Under the pieces are notes generated by a model. The model did no database searches. It worked only from the letters and a program-made list of their open reading frames with translations, and had not been told where the DNA came from. Both the position numbers and the translations under genes were made by a program. DNA of 64,000 bases from the NCBI GenBank assembly GCA_002269645.1, contig NIVC01000719.1, positions 398,243 to 462,242 on the forward strand, read 5' to 3'. This document shows positions 1 to 12,900 of the stretch, one piece after another. Source of the stretch: Macrostomum lignano (Eukaryota). Numbering within the stretch: the first letter of the stretch is position 1; every line of letters starts with the position of its first letter.

Positions 1-583
1 TTGGGTGAATATAGTGGCTTGAATTGGGTGAATATAGTGGCTTGAATTGGGTGAATGTAGTGGCTTGAATTGGGTGAATGTAGTGGCTTGAATTGGGTGA
101 ATGTAGTGGCTTGAATTGGGTGAATGTAGTGGCTTGAATTGGGTGAATGAGGGGCTTGAATTGGGTGAATGTAGTGGCTTGAATTGGGTGAATGTAGTGG
201 CTTGAATTGGGTGAATGTAGTGGCTTGAATTGGGTGAATGTAGTGGCTTGAATTGGGTGAATGTAGTGGCTTGAATTGGGTGAATGTAGTGGCTTGAATT
301 GGGTGAATGAGGGGCTTGAATTGGGTGAATATAGTGGCTTGAATTAAGTGAATATAGTGGCTTGAATTGGGTGAATGTAGTGGCTTGAATTGGGTGAATG
401 AGGGGCTTGAATTGGGTGAATGTAGTGGCTTGAATTGGGTGAATGTAGTGGCTTGAATTGGGTGAATGAGGGGCTTGAATTGGGTGAATATAGTGGCTTA
501 AATTGGGTGAATGTAGTGGCTTGAATTGGGTGAATATAGTGGCTTGAATTGGGTGAATGTAGTGGCTTGAATTGGGTGAATGT
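1..583. repeat. 23-bp intronic minisatellite TTGGGTGAATGTAGTGGCTTGAA
   Basis: Direct tandem periodicity. Confidence 0.95.
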
Positions 584-630
584 GGTGTAGTGGTGGCTCG
601 GATTGCGCATCCAAGTACATCACAACTCAC

Positions 631-919
631 TTCAGGCAGCGGTGGCTGCCTGGGGCCCTCAGTCTGCAGCCTGTGGTACAGATCGCCGCACACAAGCCGC
701 TGATAAGTCTGATTGATAAGTCGACGCCAGTCGCTCATTGGCCGATCGGCTGCGGAGTCCAGCGGCAGCAGCTGTAGAGACACTACGCAGGGCAGGTCCA
801 AAATGTCCGTGGCCTCTACTGGGCAGGGCTCGCTGGTTGGCGGCAGGCCGATTGAAGCGTAGCGCGAAGGCTGCAGCGGCAATGGCACGAACGGTCGATC
901 GGGATCCATGAGGTCGTAC
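631..919 (-). CDS. RNF17: RNF17-like exon, last one inside the window
   Basis: Encodes YDLMDPDRPFVPL...RQPPLPE|gtgagt in a frame not shown in the ORF track; phase 2 matches the upstream exon. Confidence 0.7.
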
Positions 920-3900
920 CTGACTCAGCGGGGGGGTTGGCAGTTTATTCTTAGCGACTGAAGTTTCTAAAAGCCCCAATTAATTAACAGTTCGATCAGG
1001 TAGAACTTTAGCATAGAGATTAGAAGCCAAAATGACCGAATGAACCGGATTTTTTTATAAATGACGCAGGTTGTAGAATGCTGTGCGAAGGATTCAAACT
1101 GCAAAAGGCAGTCGTAAGTACCATGAAATGAACCAGAAGGCCATCTGAAAGACCAGAAGGGACACAAAACGGCCAGAAAGGACCCGGAAAAGGACCAGAA
1201 AGGATAGGGAAAATGACCAGAAAGGAGCCGGAAAGGGACCAGAAAGGATAGGGAAAAGGACCAGAAAGGAGCCGGAAAAGGACCAGAAAGGAGCCGGAAA
1301 GGGACCAGAAAGGATAGGGAAAAGGACCAGAAAGGAGCCGGAAAAGGACCAGAAAGGAGCCGGAAAAGGACCAGAAAGGATAGGGAAAATGACCAGAAAG
1401 GAGCCGGAAAGGGACCAGAAAGGATAGGGAAAAGGACCAGAAAGGAGCCGGAAAAGGACCAGAAAGGAGCCGGAAAGGGACCAGAAAGGATAGGGAAAAG
1501 GACCAGAAAGGAGCCGGAAAAGGACCAGAAAGGATAGGGAAAAGGACCAGAAAGGAGCCGGAAAAGGACCAGAAAGGATAGGGAAAAGGACCAGAAAGGA
1601 GCCGGAAAAGGACCAGAAAGGATAGGGAAAAGGACCAGAAAGGAGCCGGAAAAGGACCAGAAAGGAGCCGGAAAGGGACCAGAAAGGATAGGGAAAAGGA
1701 CCAGAAAGGATAGGGAAAAGGACCAGAAAGGAGCCGGAAAAGGACCAGAAAGGAGCCGGAAAGGGACCAGAAAGGATAGGGAAAAGGACCAGAAAGGAGC
1801 CGGAAAAGGACCAGAAAGGATAGGGAAAAGGACCAGAAAGGAGCCGGAAAAGGACCAGAAAGGATAGGGAAAAGGACCAGAAAGGAGCCGGAAAAGGACC
1901 AGAAAGGAGCCGGAAAGGGACCAGAAAGGATAGGGAAAAGGACCAGAAAGGAGCCGGAAAAGGACCAGAAAGGATAGGGAAAAGGACCAGAAAGGAGCCG
2001 GAAAAGGACCAGAAAGGATAGGGAAAAGGACCAGAAAGGAGCCGGAAAAGGACCAGAAAGGAGCCGGAAAAGGACCAGAAAGGATAGGGAAAAGGACCAG
2101 AAAGGATAGGGAAAAGGACCAGAAAGGAGCCGGAAAAGGACCAGAAAGGATAGGGAAAAGGACCAGAAAGGAGCCGGAAAAGGACCAGAAAGGAGCCGGA
2201 AAGGGACCAGAAAGGATAGGGAAAAGGACCAGAAAGGATAGGGAAAAGGACCAGAAAGGAGCCGGAAAAGGACCAGAAAGGAGCCGGAAAGGGACCAGAA
2301 AGGATAGGGAAAAGGACCAGAAAGGAGCCGGAAAAGGACCAGAAAGGATAGGGAAAAGGACCAGAAAGGAGCCGGAAAAGGACCAGAAAGGATAGGGAAA
2401 AGGACCAGAAAGGAGCCGGAAAAGGACCAGAAAGGAGCCGGAAAAGGACCAGAAAGGATAGGGAAAAGGACCAGAAAGGATAGGGAAAAGGACCAGAAAG
2501 GAGCCGGAAAAGGACCAGAAAGGATAGGGAAAAGGACCAGAAAGGATAGGGAAAAGGACCAGAAAGGAGCCGGAAAAGGACCAGAAAGGAGCCGGAAAGG
2601 GACCAGAAAGGATAGGGAAAAGGACCAGAAAGGAGCCGGAAAAGGACCAGAAAGGATAGGGAAAAGGACCAGAAAGGAGCCGGAAAAGGACCAGAAAGGA
2701 TAGGGAAAAGGACCAGAAAGGAGCCGGAAAAGGACCAGAAAGGAGCCGGAAAGGGACCAGAAAGGATAGGGAAAAGGACCAGAAAGGATAGGGAAAGGGA
2801 CACGAAAGGATAGGGGAAATGATTAGAAGACAGCCCAACGAACAGGAAAAAGGACTCAGAAATAAAAACGATTAAATTACAAAGCCTGACCTGTAGGCCA
2901 TTTTAAACAGTTTCTGGTCCCGATCAAGCCACGGCAGGCCATCAATAAGCTCCTGGCTAATCTCTCGATTGTCTGGCAGCAGAACAATGGACGCAAGCAG
3001 CAGCTCATTGGTGGCCGGACAGAATGCTTTGCGTACAATGTAAACGCGTAGTTTGGCACTGCTAGTCAGCAGGGCGCCGATGGTCTTCTGGTAGGGCCGC
3101 CAGTCGCGGAACGTGTGACTATCGAAGTGCTCGGGATCTGTGGGATACAAATCCCAAAGAGTGATTGGTAGAGCGAATGGCGGAGTAGATTTGATGAGGC
3201 TAATCGACTCGGACAGGTCGCCACCGGTGAGGCCTTCGCAGTCGAACACGGGTCTCATGTTGCCAGTGGGCATCACCTTGGAGTAGCCCGTGTCAATATC
3301 TAGCAGGAAAAACAGGCCCTGCTCTCTGACGTAGTTAAGCACGCGACCGCGGCACCAGACTCCGTCAGACTCGAACACCACCGACCTGCGGTTGCGAAAA
3401 TTTAAACATTTCAGTTCGGCGCTTGAGGAATTGCCGCTGCGGCTGAGGAAATGTGTACACATTATCCAATCTGGGGTGGGTGCCGGTCTCAGGGAATGTA
3501 CATTATCCGATCTGGGGTGGGTGCCGGTCTCAGGGAATGTACATTATCCGGTCTGGGGTGGGTGCAGTCTCAGGGAATGTACATTATCCGATCTGGTGTG
3601 GGCGCCGGCCAGGAGGGAATGTACATTATCCGATCTGGGGTGGGCGCTGGTCAGGAGGGAATATACATTATCCGATCTGGGAGGGGGTGCCGGTCAGGAG
3701 TAATGTACATTATCCGATCTGGGAGGGGTTGCCAGTCAAGAGGGAATGTACATTATCCGATCTGGGGTGGGCGCTGGTCAGGAGGGAATGTACATTATAC
3801 GATCTGGGGTGGGCGCTGGTCAGGAGGGAATGTACATTATACGATCTGGGGTGGGCGCTGGTCAGGAGGGAATGTACATTATCCGATCTGGGGTGGGCGC

Positions 3901-6900
3901 TGGTCAGGCAGGAATGTACATTTTCCGATCTGGGGTGGCGGGATCAAAGTAAAGAAAAGCTTACCGCCTCGCCCAATCTTCAACTAGGACATCGAAATCG
4001 TACTGAGCATAGGACACTGCAGAATAGACAGTGTGCAGCGCATGGCGCAACTCCGTCAGAAGCGCCTCGCTGCGCTCGTCGGATCGCTGCATATAGATTA
4101 CCATTCGCTCATCCGAGCAGTCCAGATGACTCAGCTTAGCTTGGATTGGCTCTCGCAGCGGTCCGACTTGAATATTTGGCCAACGGAATTGGTCGCCCAG
4201 AGGACGAACGGAAGGCAGATCTGACAAAGCATTCTTAGGCAAGGTTGAAGCGTTGTTAGCAACGGCGTTGTCCGCTTCCGCTTCCGGATCTGCTTCTGCT
4301 TCCACTTCCGGTTCTGCGTCTGCTTCTACTTCCGGTTCTGCGTCTGCTTCCGGTTCCGTTTCCTGTTCTGCTTCCACTACCGGTTTGGGTTCTGCCTCCG
4401 CCTCCGCTTCCGGTTCTGCTTCTACTTCCGCTTCCGGTTTCGAATTAGCTGCTTCGGCTGTGACACTTACAAAGCTGGTGGACGTGGAGGCTGAGGAGTC
4501 TTCTGTGGCGGCGGCGGCGGCTGGAGGAGCTGCGGCAGCGGCAGACGGAGGCGACGGGTCGCCAATCACCCAGTCTCCGTCCTCATCAGATGGCTTCAAA
4601 AGGAATTCTTCGTTAAGTTCGAACTCATCGTCCGAATTTGGTTTGTCAGCAATGTTTGGCTGTTGTCGCTGCATCTGCTGCGGTGTCGCATCTTCTTTAG
4701 CAGCGCTGATGTCCTGGGATAGTTAGAGACAGTGAGATGAGAGTTGGTGACAGTGAGATGTGAGTTGGTCACAGTGAGATGTGAGTTGGTCACAGTGAGA
4801 TGTGAGTTGGTCACAGTGAGATGAGAGTTGGTGACAGTGAGATGAGAGTTGGTGACAGTGAGATTAGATTTTGACAGTGAGATGAGAGTTGGTGACAGTG
4901 AGATTAGATTTTGACAGTGAGATGAGAGTTGGTGACAGTGAGATGTGAGTTGGTCACAGTGAGATGAGAGTTGGTGACAGTGAGATAAGAGTTGGTGACA
5001 GTGAGATGAGAGCTGGTGAGAGCAGATTAACATCTGGATTTCATAACGAAAATGACTAAATCAAAAAGGCTTAAGTGGCAAAACCGATAATCGATACTGT
5101 GCAAATTAGTAGCAACTCACACACTGCGGCATCTGTTCGGCTAAATTTGAAGACTTAAGAGCGTCGGCGGTGGCGGCGGCCTCCGCGTCGCGGAGTCGCA
5201 AGTTTTCGTCGCGTTTTTCCGCAAAAGTTTTCTGCAACGCTTCAGCCAGGCGTTGATAAGCGGCCTCGGGCGGCACCGGCTCGACGTGTCGCAGGGCCAC
5301 GCCCTCCAGGCGCAGCATGCTGCTTAGCCGGTTGCACTGGCCATCGCTGTTGCACAGCAACAGGTCGACAGCGGCAAGCCGTTGCTGCGACGCCTCTGCA
5401 TTGGCAGCCGTTGTTGAGGCCTCCTCGCTCATGACTAGAGCGCACATGTGGGCGAAATATTCTCGCCTAGCGAGGTGACTGCGCATCGCCTCGGCGGAGG
5501 TGCGAGTCCAGCGCTGGCCGCCGGCCGGAATAGCGCCGTACAGGCGGCAGGGCACAGCCAGGGGCGGCATAGAGGCCAGTTGATTGTCGGTGATTTCGAA
5601 TATCGCATTGGCTGGCGTGTTGTACTCTTCGCTGCAGTGTGCGTTTGGCGGGGCTGATGGGATTGAGAGTGCTCAAATGGTCTATCTAGGTTCTATAAGG
5701 ATTGAGAGTGCTCAAATTGTCTATCTAGGTTCTATAAGGATTGAGGGTGCTCAAATTGTCTATCTAGGTTCTATAAGGATTGAGGGTGCTCAAATGGTCT
5801 ATCTAGGTTCTATAAGGATTGAGTGTCCTCAAATGGTCTATCTAGGTTCTATAAGGATTGAGGGTGCTCATATGGTCTATCTAGGTTCTATAAGGATTGA
5901 GAGTGCTCAAATTGTCTATCTAGGTTCTATAAGGATTGAGGGTGCTCAAATGGTCTATCTAGGTTCTATAAGGATTGAGGGTGCTCAAATGGTCTATCTA
6001 GGTTCTATAAGGATTGAGGGTGCTCAAATTGTCTATCTAGGTTCTATAAGGATTGAGTGTCCTCAAATGGTCTATCTAGGTTCTATAAGGATTGAGGGTG
6101 CTCATATGGTCTATCTAGGTTCTATAAGGATTGAGGGTGCTCAAATGGTCTATCTAGGTTCTATAAGGATTGAGGGTGCTCAAATGGTCTATCTAGGTTC
6201 TATAAGGATTGAGGGTGCTCAAATGGTCTATCTAGGTTCTATAAGGATTGAGGGTGCTCAAATGGTCTATCTAGGTTCTATAAGGATTGAGGGTGCTCAA
6301 ATGGTCTATCTAGGTTCTATAAGGATTGAGGGTGCTCAGATGGTTTAACTACAGGGATTGAGAGTGCTCAGCTGGTCTATCTTTAGGGACTGAGTGCTCA
6401 GCTGGTCTGTCTACAGGAATTGAGAGTGCTCAAATAATCTATCTATAGGGATTGAGAGTGCTCAAATAATCTATCTATAGGGATTGAGAGTGCTCAGCTG
6501 GTCTATATATAGGGATTGAGAGTGCTCAAATAATCTATCTATAGAGACTGAGAGTGCTCAGCTGGTCTATCTATAGGGACTGAGAGTGCTCAGATATTCT
6601 ATCTATAGGGATTGAGAGTGCTCAAATAATCTATCTATAGGGATTGAGAGTGCTCAGCTGGTCTATCTACAGGAGTTGAGAGTGCTCAAATAATCTATCT
6701 ATAGGGATTGAGAGTGCTCAAATAATCTATCTTTAGAGACTGAGAGTGCTCAGCTGGTCTATCTATAGGGACTGAGAGTGCTCAGATATTCTATCTATAG
6801 GGATTGAGAGTGCTCAAATAATCTATCTATAGGGATTGAGAGTGCTCAGCTGGTCTATCTACAGGAGTTGAGAGTGCTCAAATAATCTATCTATAGGGAT

Positions 6901-9900
6901 TGAGAGTGCTCAAATAATCTATCTATAGAGACTGAGAGTGCTCAGCTGGTCTATCTATAGGGACTGAGAGTGCTCAGATATTCTATCTATAGGGATTGAG
7001 AGTGCTCAAATAATCTATCTATAGGGATTGAGAGTGCTCAAATAATCTATCTATAGGGATTGAGAGTGCTCAGCTGGTCTATCTACAGGAGTTGAGAGTG
7101 CTCAAATAATCTATCTATAGGGATTGAGAGTGCTCAAATAATCTATCTATAGGGATTGAGAGTGCTCAAATAATCTATCTATAGGGATTGAGAGTGCTCA
7201 GCTGGTCTATCTACAGGAGTTGAGAGTGCTCAAATAATCTATCTATAGGGATTGAGAGTGCTCAAATAATCTATCTATAGAGACTGAGAGTGCTCAGCTG
7301 GTCTATCTATAGGGACTGAGAGTGCTCAGATATTCTATCTATAGGGATTGAGAGTGCTCAAATAATCTATCTATAGGGATTGAGAGTGCTCAAATAATCT
7401 ATCTATAGGGATTGAGAGTGCTCAGCTGGTCTATCTACAGGAGTTGAGAGTGCTCAAATAATCTATCTATAGGGATTGAGAGTGCTCATATAATCTATCT
7501 ATAGAGACTGAGAGTGCTCAGCTGGTCTATCTATAGGGACTGAGAGTGCTCAGATAGTCTATCTATAGGGACTAAGTGAAATGAATTCCAGCATCCCTAC
7601 AAGCCCAGGTGAACAGTTGACATACCCGCTATCAATCAGCAGCACTGTGCATGTGTCAGCTGTAGACGATCGCTGAAGCAGCCGACAGCGGTACCACAAT
7701 AGATTAGGCTTCCGAACGCAGGCCAGTACGGTCGGAGGCGCATCCGGTGGCAGCGGTCTCGGCGCTGAGTTATTGTTGCGCGGCGAAAATCTAGCTAATA
7801 AATGATTGAGCTCAGTCGCGGCCGCTCGGCCAATGTCATTCTCAGGCCGGATGTAGAACAGGCCGGGATTAACTATGCTAGTGACTGTACAGGCGGCATG
7901 ATCCAGCTTGCCAGTGAGGACTAGTTTAGCTAGCCAGGGCTCCAGCAGTTGGTAGTTCTCGCTGATTGGCTCAACATCCACTGACGGCGCGGCTGCTGGC
8001 GTGCTCGATCGCGAGTCGGACACATTCGAATCCGACGTCGTCGAATTTGCCGACGCTCTGGCCGCGGCTTTGACGCGACTGCCTCGGGTAGCCGGCTGGG
8101 CTCGCGGCAGCACCGTTACCTCGCCCGTGCTCTCGTTTAAACGGACAAATCGGGACCTGACAGGCACCGGAGCCTCCTTAACTAGCCTGGCCAAGGCGTC
8201 AGCCGGCATGTCCGAGTAGACACCCTCATCGTATAGGCGAACATTTAGGCACACAGGCGTGTTGAGCTCGTACACGCCAACCGGAACTGTGGGCAAGCCG
8301 TCGCTGTTCGGGTCCACCGTACTCGGCGTATCCATGCAGAGAAAGTTGAATACATGGGACTGTTGCAGCATGTCTTTCAGCTGCTTCTGGCGGTACCTGC
8401 GATGGGAATGTAGCTAAGTAATGACTACCTGTGCACTAATTAATGGCAGGCTGCCCCACCTGTATAATACTGACTGGCAGGCTGCCCTACCTGTATAATA
8501 CTGACTGGCAGGCTGCCCTACCTGTATAATACTGACTGGCAGGCTGCCCTACCTGTATAATACTGACTGGCAGGCTGCCCTACCTGTATAATACTGACTG
8601 GCAGGCTGCCCTACCTGTATAATACTGACTGGCAGGCTGCCCCACCTGTATAATACTGACTGGCAGGCTGCCCTACCTGTATAATACTGACTGGCAGGCT
8701 GCCCTACCTGTATAATACTGACTGGTAGGCTGCCCTACCTGTATAATACTGACTGGCAGGCTGCCCCACCTGTATAATACTGACTGGCAGGCTGCCCCAC
8801 CTGTATAATACTGACTGGTAGGCTGCCCAACCTGTATAATACTGACTGGCAGGCTGCCCTACCTGTATAATACTGACTGGCAGGCTGCCCCACCTGTATA
8901 ATACTGACTGGCAGGCTGCCCCACCTGTATAATACTGACTGGTAGGCTGCCCAACCTGTATAATACTGACTGGCAGGCTGCCCTACCTGTATAATACTGA
9001 CTGGCAGGCTGCCCCACCTGTATAATACTGACTGGCAGGCTGCCCCACCTGTATAATACTGACTGGCAGGCTGCCCCACCTTTATAAATGACTGACAGGT
9101 GGGTGGCTGCCCCACCACAACACATTTAGCCCAATCAACAGGCACAGCGAGCAGCCTAACCAGCCTGCCTCACACTGTCGGGTGCATGCATATACTCACT
9201 TCATCCTGGGCGATTGGTCGCCGGCAGACACGCCGTACATTGAGCAACGCCAGCACATGGAGTGAGGCTGATAAAATCGCTTTGTAAGATATTTTATAAA
9301 CTGATTGTCTTTGTGCACCTCTCTGTTGCCATAGTCGGTAAATAGCACGGAGATGCCATCAGGCGAGTAGGACTCAATAACGCCGCGGTACCAGTTGCAA
9401 TCGACGGAATACCTGGCCGCAACAGGCAGGTTGGCTACCGGGTGCTGGACAGTGTAGTCGCCAATTTTATCTTCGTTGCAAAACGACTGCGTGCAAAGGT
9501 AAAACAAAAATTGGTAATGCGAGATTTTCTGTTTTTATTCTGGGACACACACCAGCGGGACACACACTGGCAGTAAACACACCAGCGGGAAACACACCAG
9601 CGGGACACACACCAGCGGGACACACACTGGCAGTAAACACACCAGCGGGAAACACACCAGCGGGACACACACCAGCGGGACACACACCAGCGGGAAACAC
9701 ACCAGCGGGACACACACCAGCGGGAAACACACCAGCGGGACACACACCAGCGGGAAACACACCAGCGGGACACACACCAGCGGGACACACACCAGCGGGA
9801 CACACACCAGCGGGAAACACACCAGCGGGACACACACCAGCGGGACACACACCAGCGGGACACACACCAGCGGGACACACACCAGCGGGACACACACCAG

Positions 9901-12900
9901 CGGGAAACACACCAGCGGGACACACACCAGCGGGACACACACCAGCGGGAAACACACCAGCGGGACACACACCAGCGGGACACACACCAGCGGGACACAC
10001 ACCAGCGGGACACACACCAGCGGGACACACACCAGCGGGACACACACCAGCGGGAAACACACCAGCGGGACACACACCAGCGGGACACACACCAGCGGGA
10101 AACACACCAGCGGGACACACACCAGCGGGACACACACCAGCGGGAAACACACCAGCGGGACACACACCAGCGGGAAACACACCAGCGGGAAACACACCAG
10201 CGGGAAACACACCAGCGGGAAACACACCAGCGGGAAACACCAGCAAAAAGCCTCCTGTTCCCAGTAAAATTAAAACAAGCAAAGGAGAAACGGCTTGCTA
10301 CCCATAGCATTGAGAAAACCGATAGAGCAGACTTACCTGCAGAGCCTGCTGCATCTCCTCAAACACGTCCATATCGGCGCCCTGGTTGCAGCGGAACACG
10401 TAAAACTCGTCGGGCGAATAGAATGCCGAAACGCTGCCAAAGAATCGATAACCCTTGAAAATATTTGACGACCTTAAAAACAGCCTGGGCGCCTCGGTAT
10501 CAACTAAATCGTTGGAAGCCTCCCGATTGTGCAAATAGGGCATAGCATAGCAGGCCAAATTGGCAAACACTAGCAGTTCGCGTACGGACAGAAATCTCAG
10601 ATCGCAATCGTGCAATACTACTCGAATTAGTAGATCAACAAGAGTCTCGCCAGGCTGCTGAGACACAATTCGAACTATAAGATCGCCAGTGAAGCATTTC
10701 TTAACTAGAATCTCCTGCAGTTCGTACACAGCCTCGGTACTCCATTGGTCAGGCTGTTGCTGACTAGTTGGCCCATTATTCATAACTCTGGGCGCTATGT
10801 TATTCAGGCTGATCCGATGAGCAAGAGGTGGAATCTCGCATAGCGCTGGCGGCATAGTCAACAGTTCAGCAATCTGCTTATTGCTGACTGAATTGCCATA
10901 GTCGGGAAAGAACACATCGCACACAGCTGATTCAATATTTAGCTTAGTAACAATAGCTCGGCACCAGTCTGAGGCGCTCTGGAACCGGCTGAGTACCCAA
11001 TCGCCTGATTGCACAGTTTCAGTCTGTACTGCCAACTGAGACTTGGCCGCCTGGCTGCACAACTGTTGAGTTCGTTTTAGCCAGGCCTGCTCAGCGTACC
11101 TCGCTACCCAGATCTCGCGCGGAGACAATAGGAATAGCGGAATAACAGCGTCGCCGGTTGATAGCGGCACAGGCATTGTTGTTGGCGCAGCGGAATCGGC
11201 CTCTTCGGCAACAACAGCCGCTTTAGGCAAAGGATTCGACAACGACTCCTGTTGCACACTCGGCTGCTCCAACAGGCCCGAGTCGCAAAATATACCAGCG
11301 GGAGAATTGGCTAGCAGGTGTTCAATGCCCGGCTCCAGGCTGGCTGGCGGGCAGGCTTGGAGTCGGGCCGGGCTGGCGATGCTAAAGTGCGCCAGATCAA
11401 ACGGCTGCGTGTCGGAGCGGCGGCACAACTGCGGCATTGACGCCGCTGCCGAGGCGCCGGCTGATGAAACTGCAGTGACATTTGGCGGCAGCACACAGAC
11501 AGGCTGGTTGGTGAGGCTGCTCAGCAGCTGCAGCAGCCTGGCATAGTCGAACGGTTTCACCGGGCACCAGCGAGCGATGGCGTCGCTGCCAGCCGAGCGA
11601 AGAGCCTTCAACGACAGTGATAACGGCAGAAGCCAGTCAGCGCAGCGACGCAGCTCGGCCAACAATTGTTCGCTCTGCTGCGCTAGCGGGCGAGCACGCC
11701 GGACTGGCGCAGCCGGCAGACGGCGTCATTTTCGGCGCTAATTAGGCGCGCGTATAGGATAGAGAAATCCGCGCGAACCTCCGACTGCAGACTGCTGGTG
11801 GTCTCGGATTCGAGCCTAGGGAGTTGAGGCAGTGTGAATCGCAATTTTTACAGAACTTAGGACATTATAGTCTGTCACGCCTATGTGATACAAGCTACCC
11901 ACCACCCCAATTCAAGCCGCCACCCACCACCCCTTTTCAAGCCGCCACCCACCACCCCAATTCAAGCCGCCACCCACCACCCCACTTCAAGCCGCCACCC
12001 ACCACCCCACTTCAAGCCGCCACCCACCACCCCACTTCAAGCCGCCACCCACCACCCCACTTCAAGCCGCCACCCCATTTCAAGCCACCACCCACCACCC
12101 CATTTCTAGCCGCCACCCACCACCCCATTTCAAGCCATCACCTACCAATAAAACCAGATGAAAACACCGCTTACAATTAATTAACAATAAATATTCTTAC
12201 CTGGCCGTCTCACTCAGCAGTGTTTGCTCGCTTTCAACCAGCCGATTGGCCAGACTCTCCAGCGAATCGGCGATGCTCAGAAGCCACCTTAGCAGTCGCA
12301 TATTTGCCTGTCCAAATTCGCAGGTAGAATGGTCGGCATGCTCAGACGATTGCTGACAGGCTGAGCAGATCAGGCTGGCGCAGGTGACACAAAAAATGTT
12401 GGCCGGAACGGCGGAAGAATGCGAGACGGCGGAGCTGCAGACGGGATCCTCGGCCGGTTTCAGCAACTGCGTGGTGACAGCCGGTTCAATCTGGTGGCTG
12501 AATCCGAGCTGATTGTGAAACTGTAATGCACACAGATATATTTGAGTTCGATTGTCCTAACCAGTAAAGAGACATTAGTTTACAATTGACAGTGAGCTGG
12601 GTCAGACAGAATGGCTCACTCTGGAGACAGTGAGCTGGGTCAGACAGAATGGCTCACTCTGGAGACAGTGAGCTGGGTCAGACAGATTGGCTCACTCTGG
12701 AGACAGTGAGCTGGGTCAGACAGAATGGCTCACTCTGGAGACAGTGAGCTGGGTCAGACAGATGGGCTCACTCTGGAGACAGTGAGCTGGGTCAGACAGA
12801 TTGGCTCACTCTGGAGACAGTGAGCTGGGTCAGACAGATTGGCTCACTCTGGAGACAGTGAGCTGGGTCAGACAGATTGGCTCACTCTGGAGACAGTGAG

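Noticed and set aside
967-2838. 623-aa and 569-aa ORFs, and similar long ORFs at 9435-10310, 22453-23479, 32576-34718, 50725-52531, 54325-55248, 57768-58922 and 59260-60407
   Set aside because: They are stop-free translations of tandem repeats lying in introns or spacers, with periodic peptides and no domains.
5632-5655. Upstream acceptor at 5654-5655 for the Tudor exon
   Set aside because: It gives the wrong phase and a stop codon. The acceptor at 5632-5633 yields LIDSG-EEYN in frame.
11897-12140. Common origin of the 25-bp array and the 23-bp array at 1-583 (shared CCCAATTCAAGCC, opposite strands)
   Set aside because: A 13-bp match between low-complexity units is too little to support homology.
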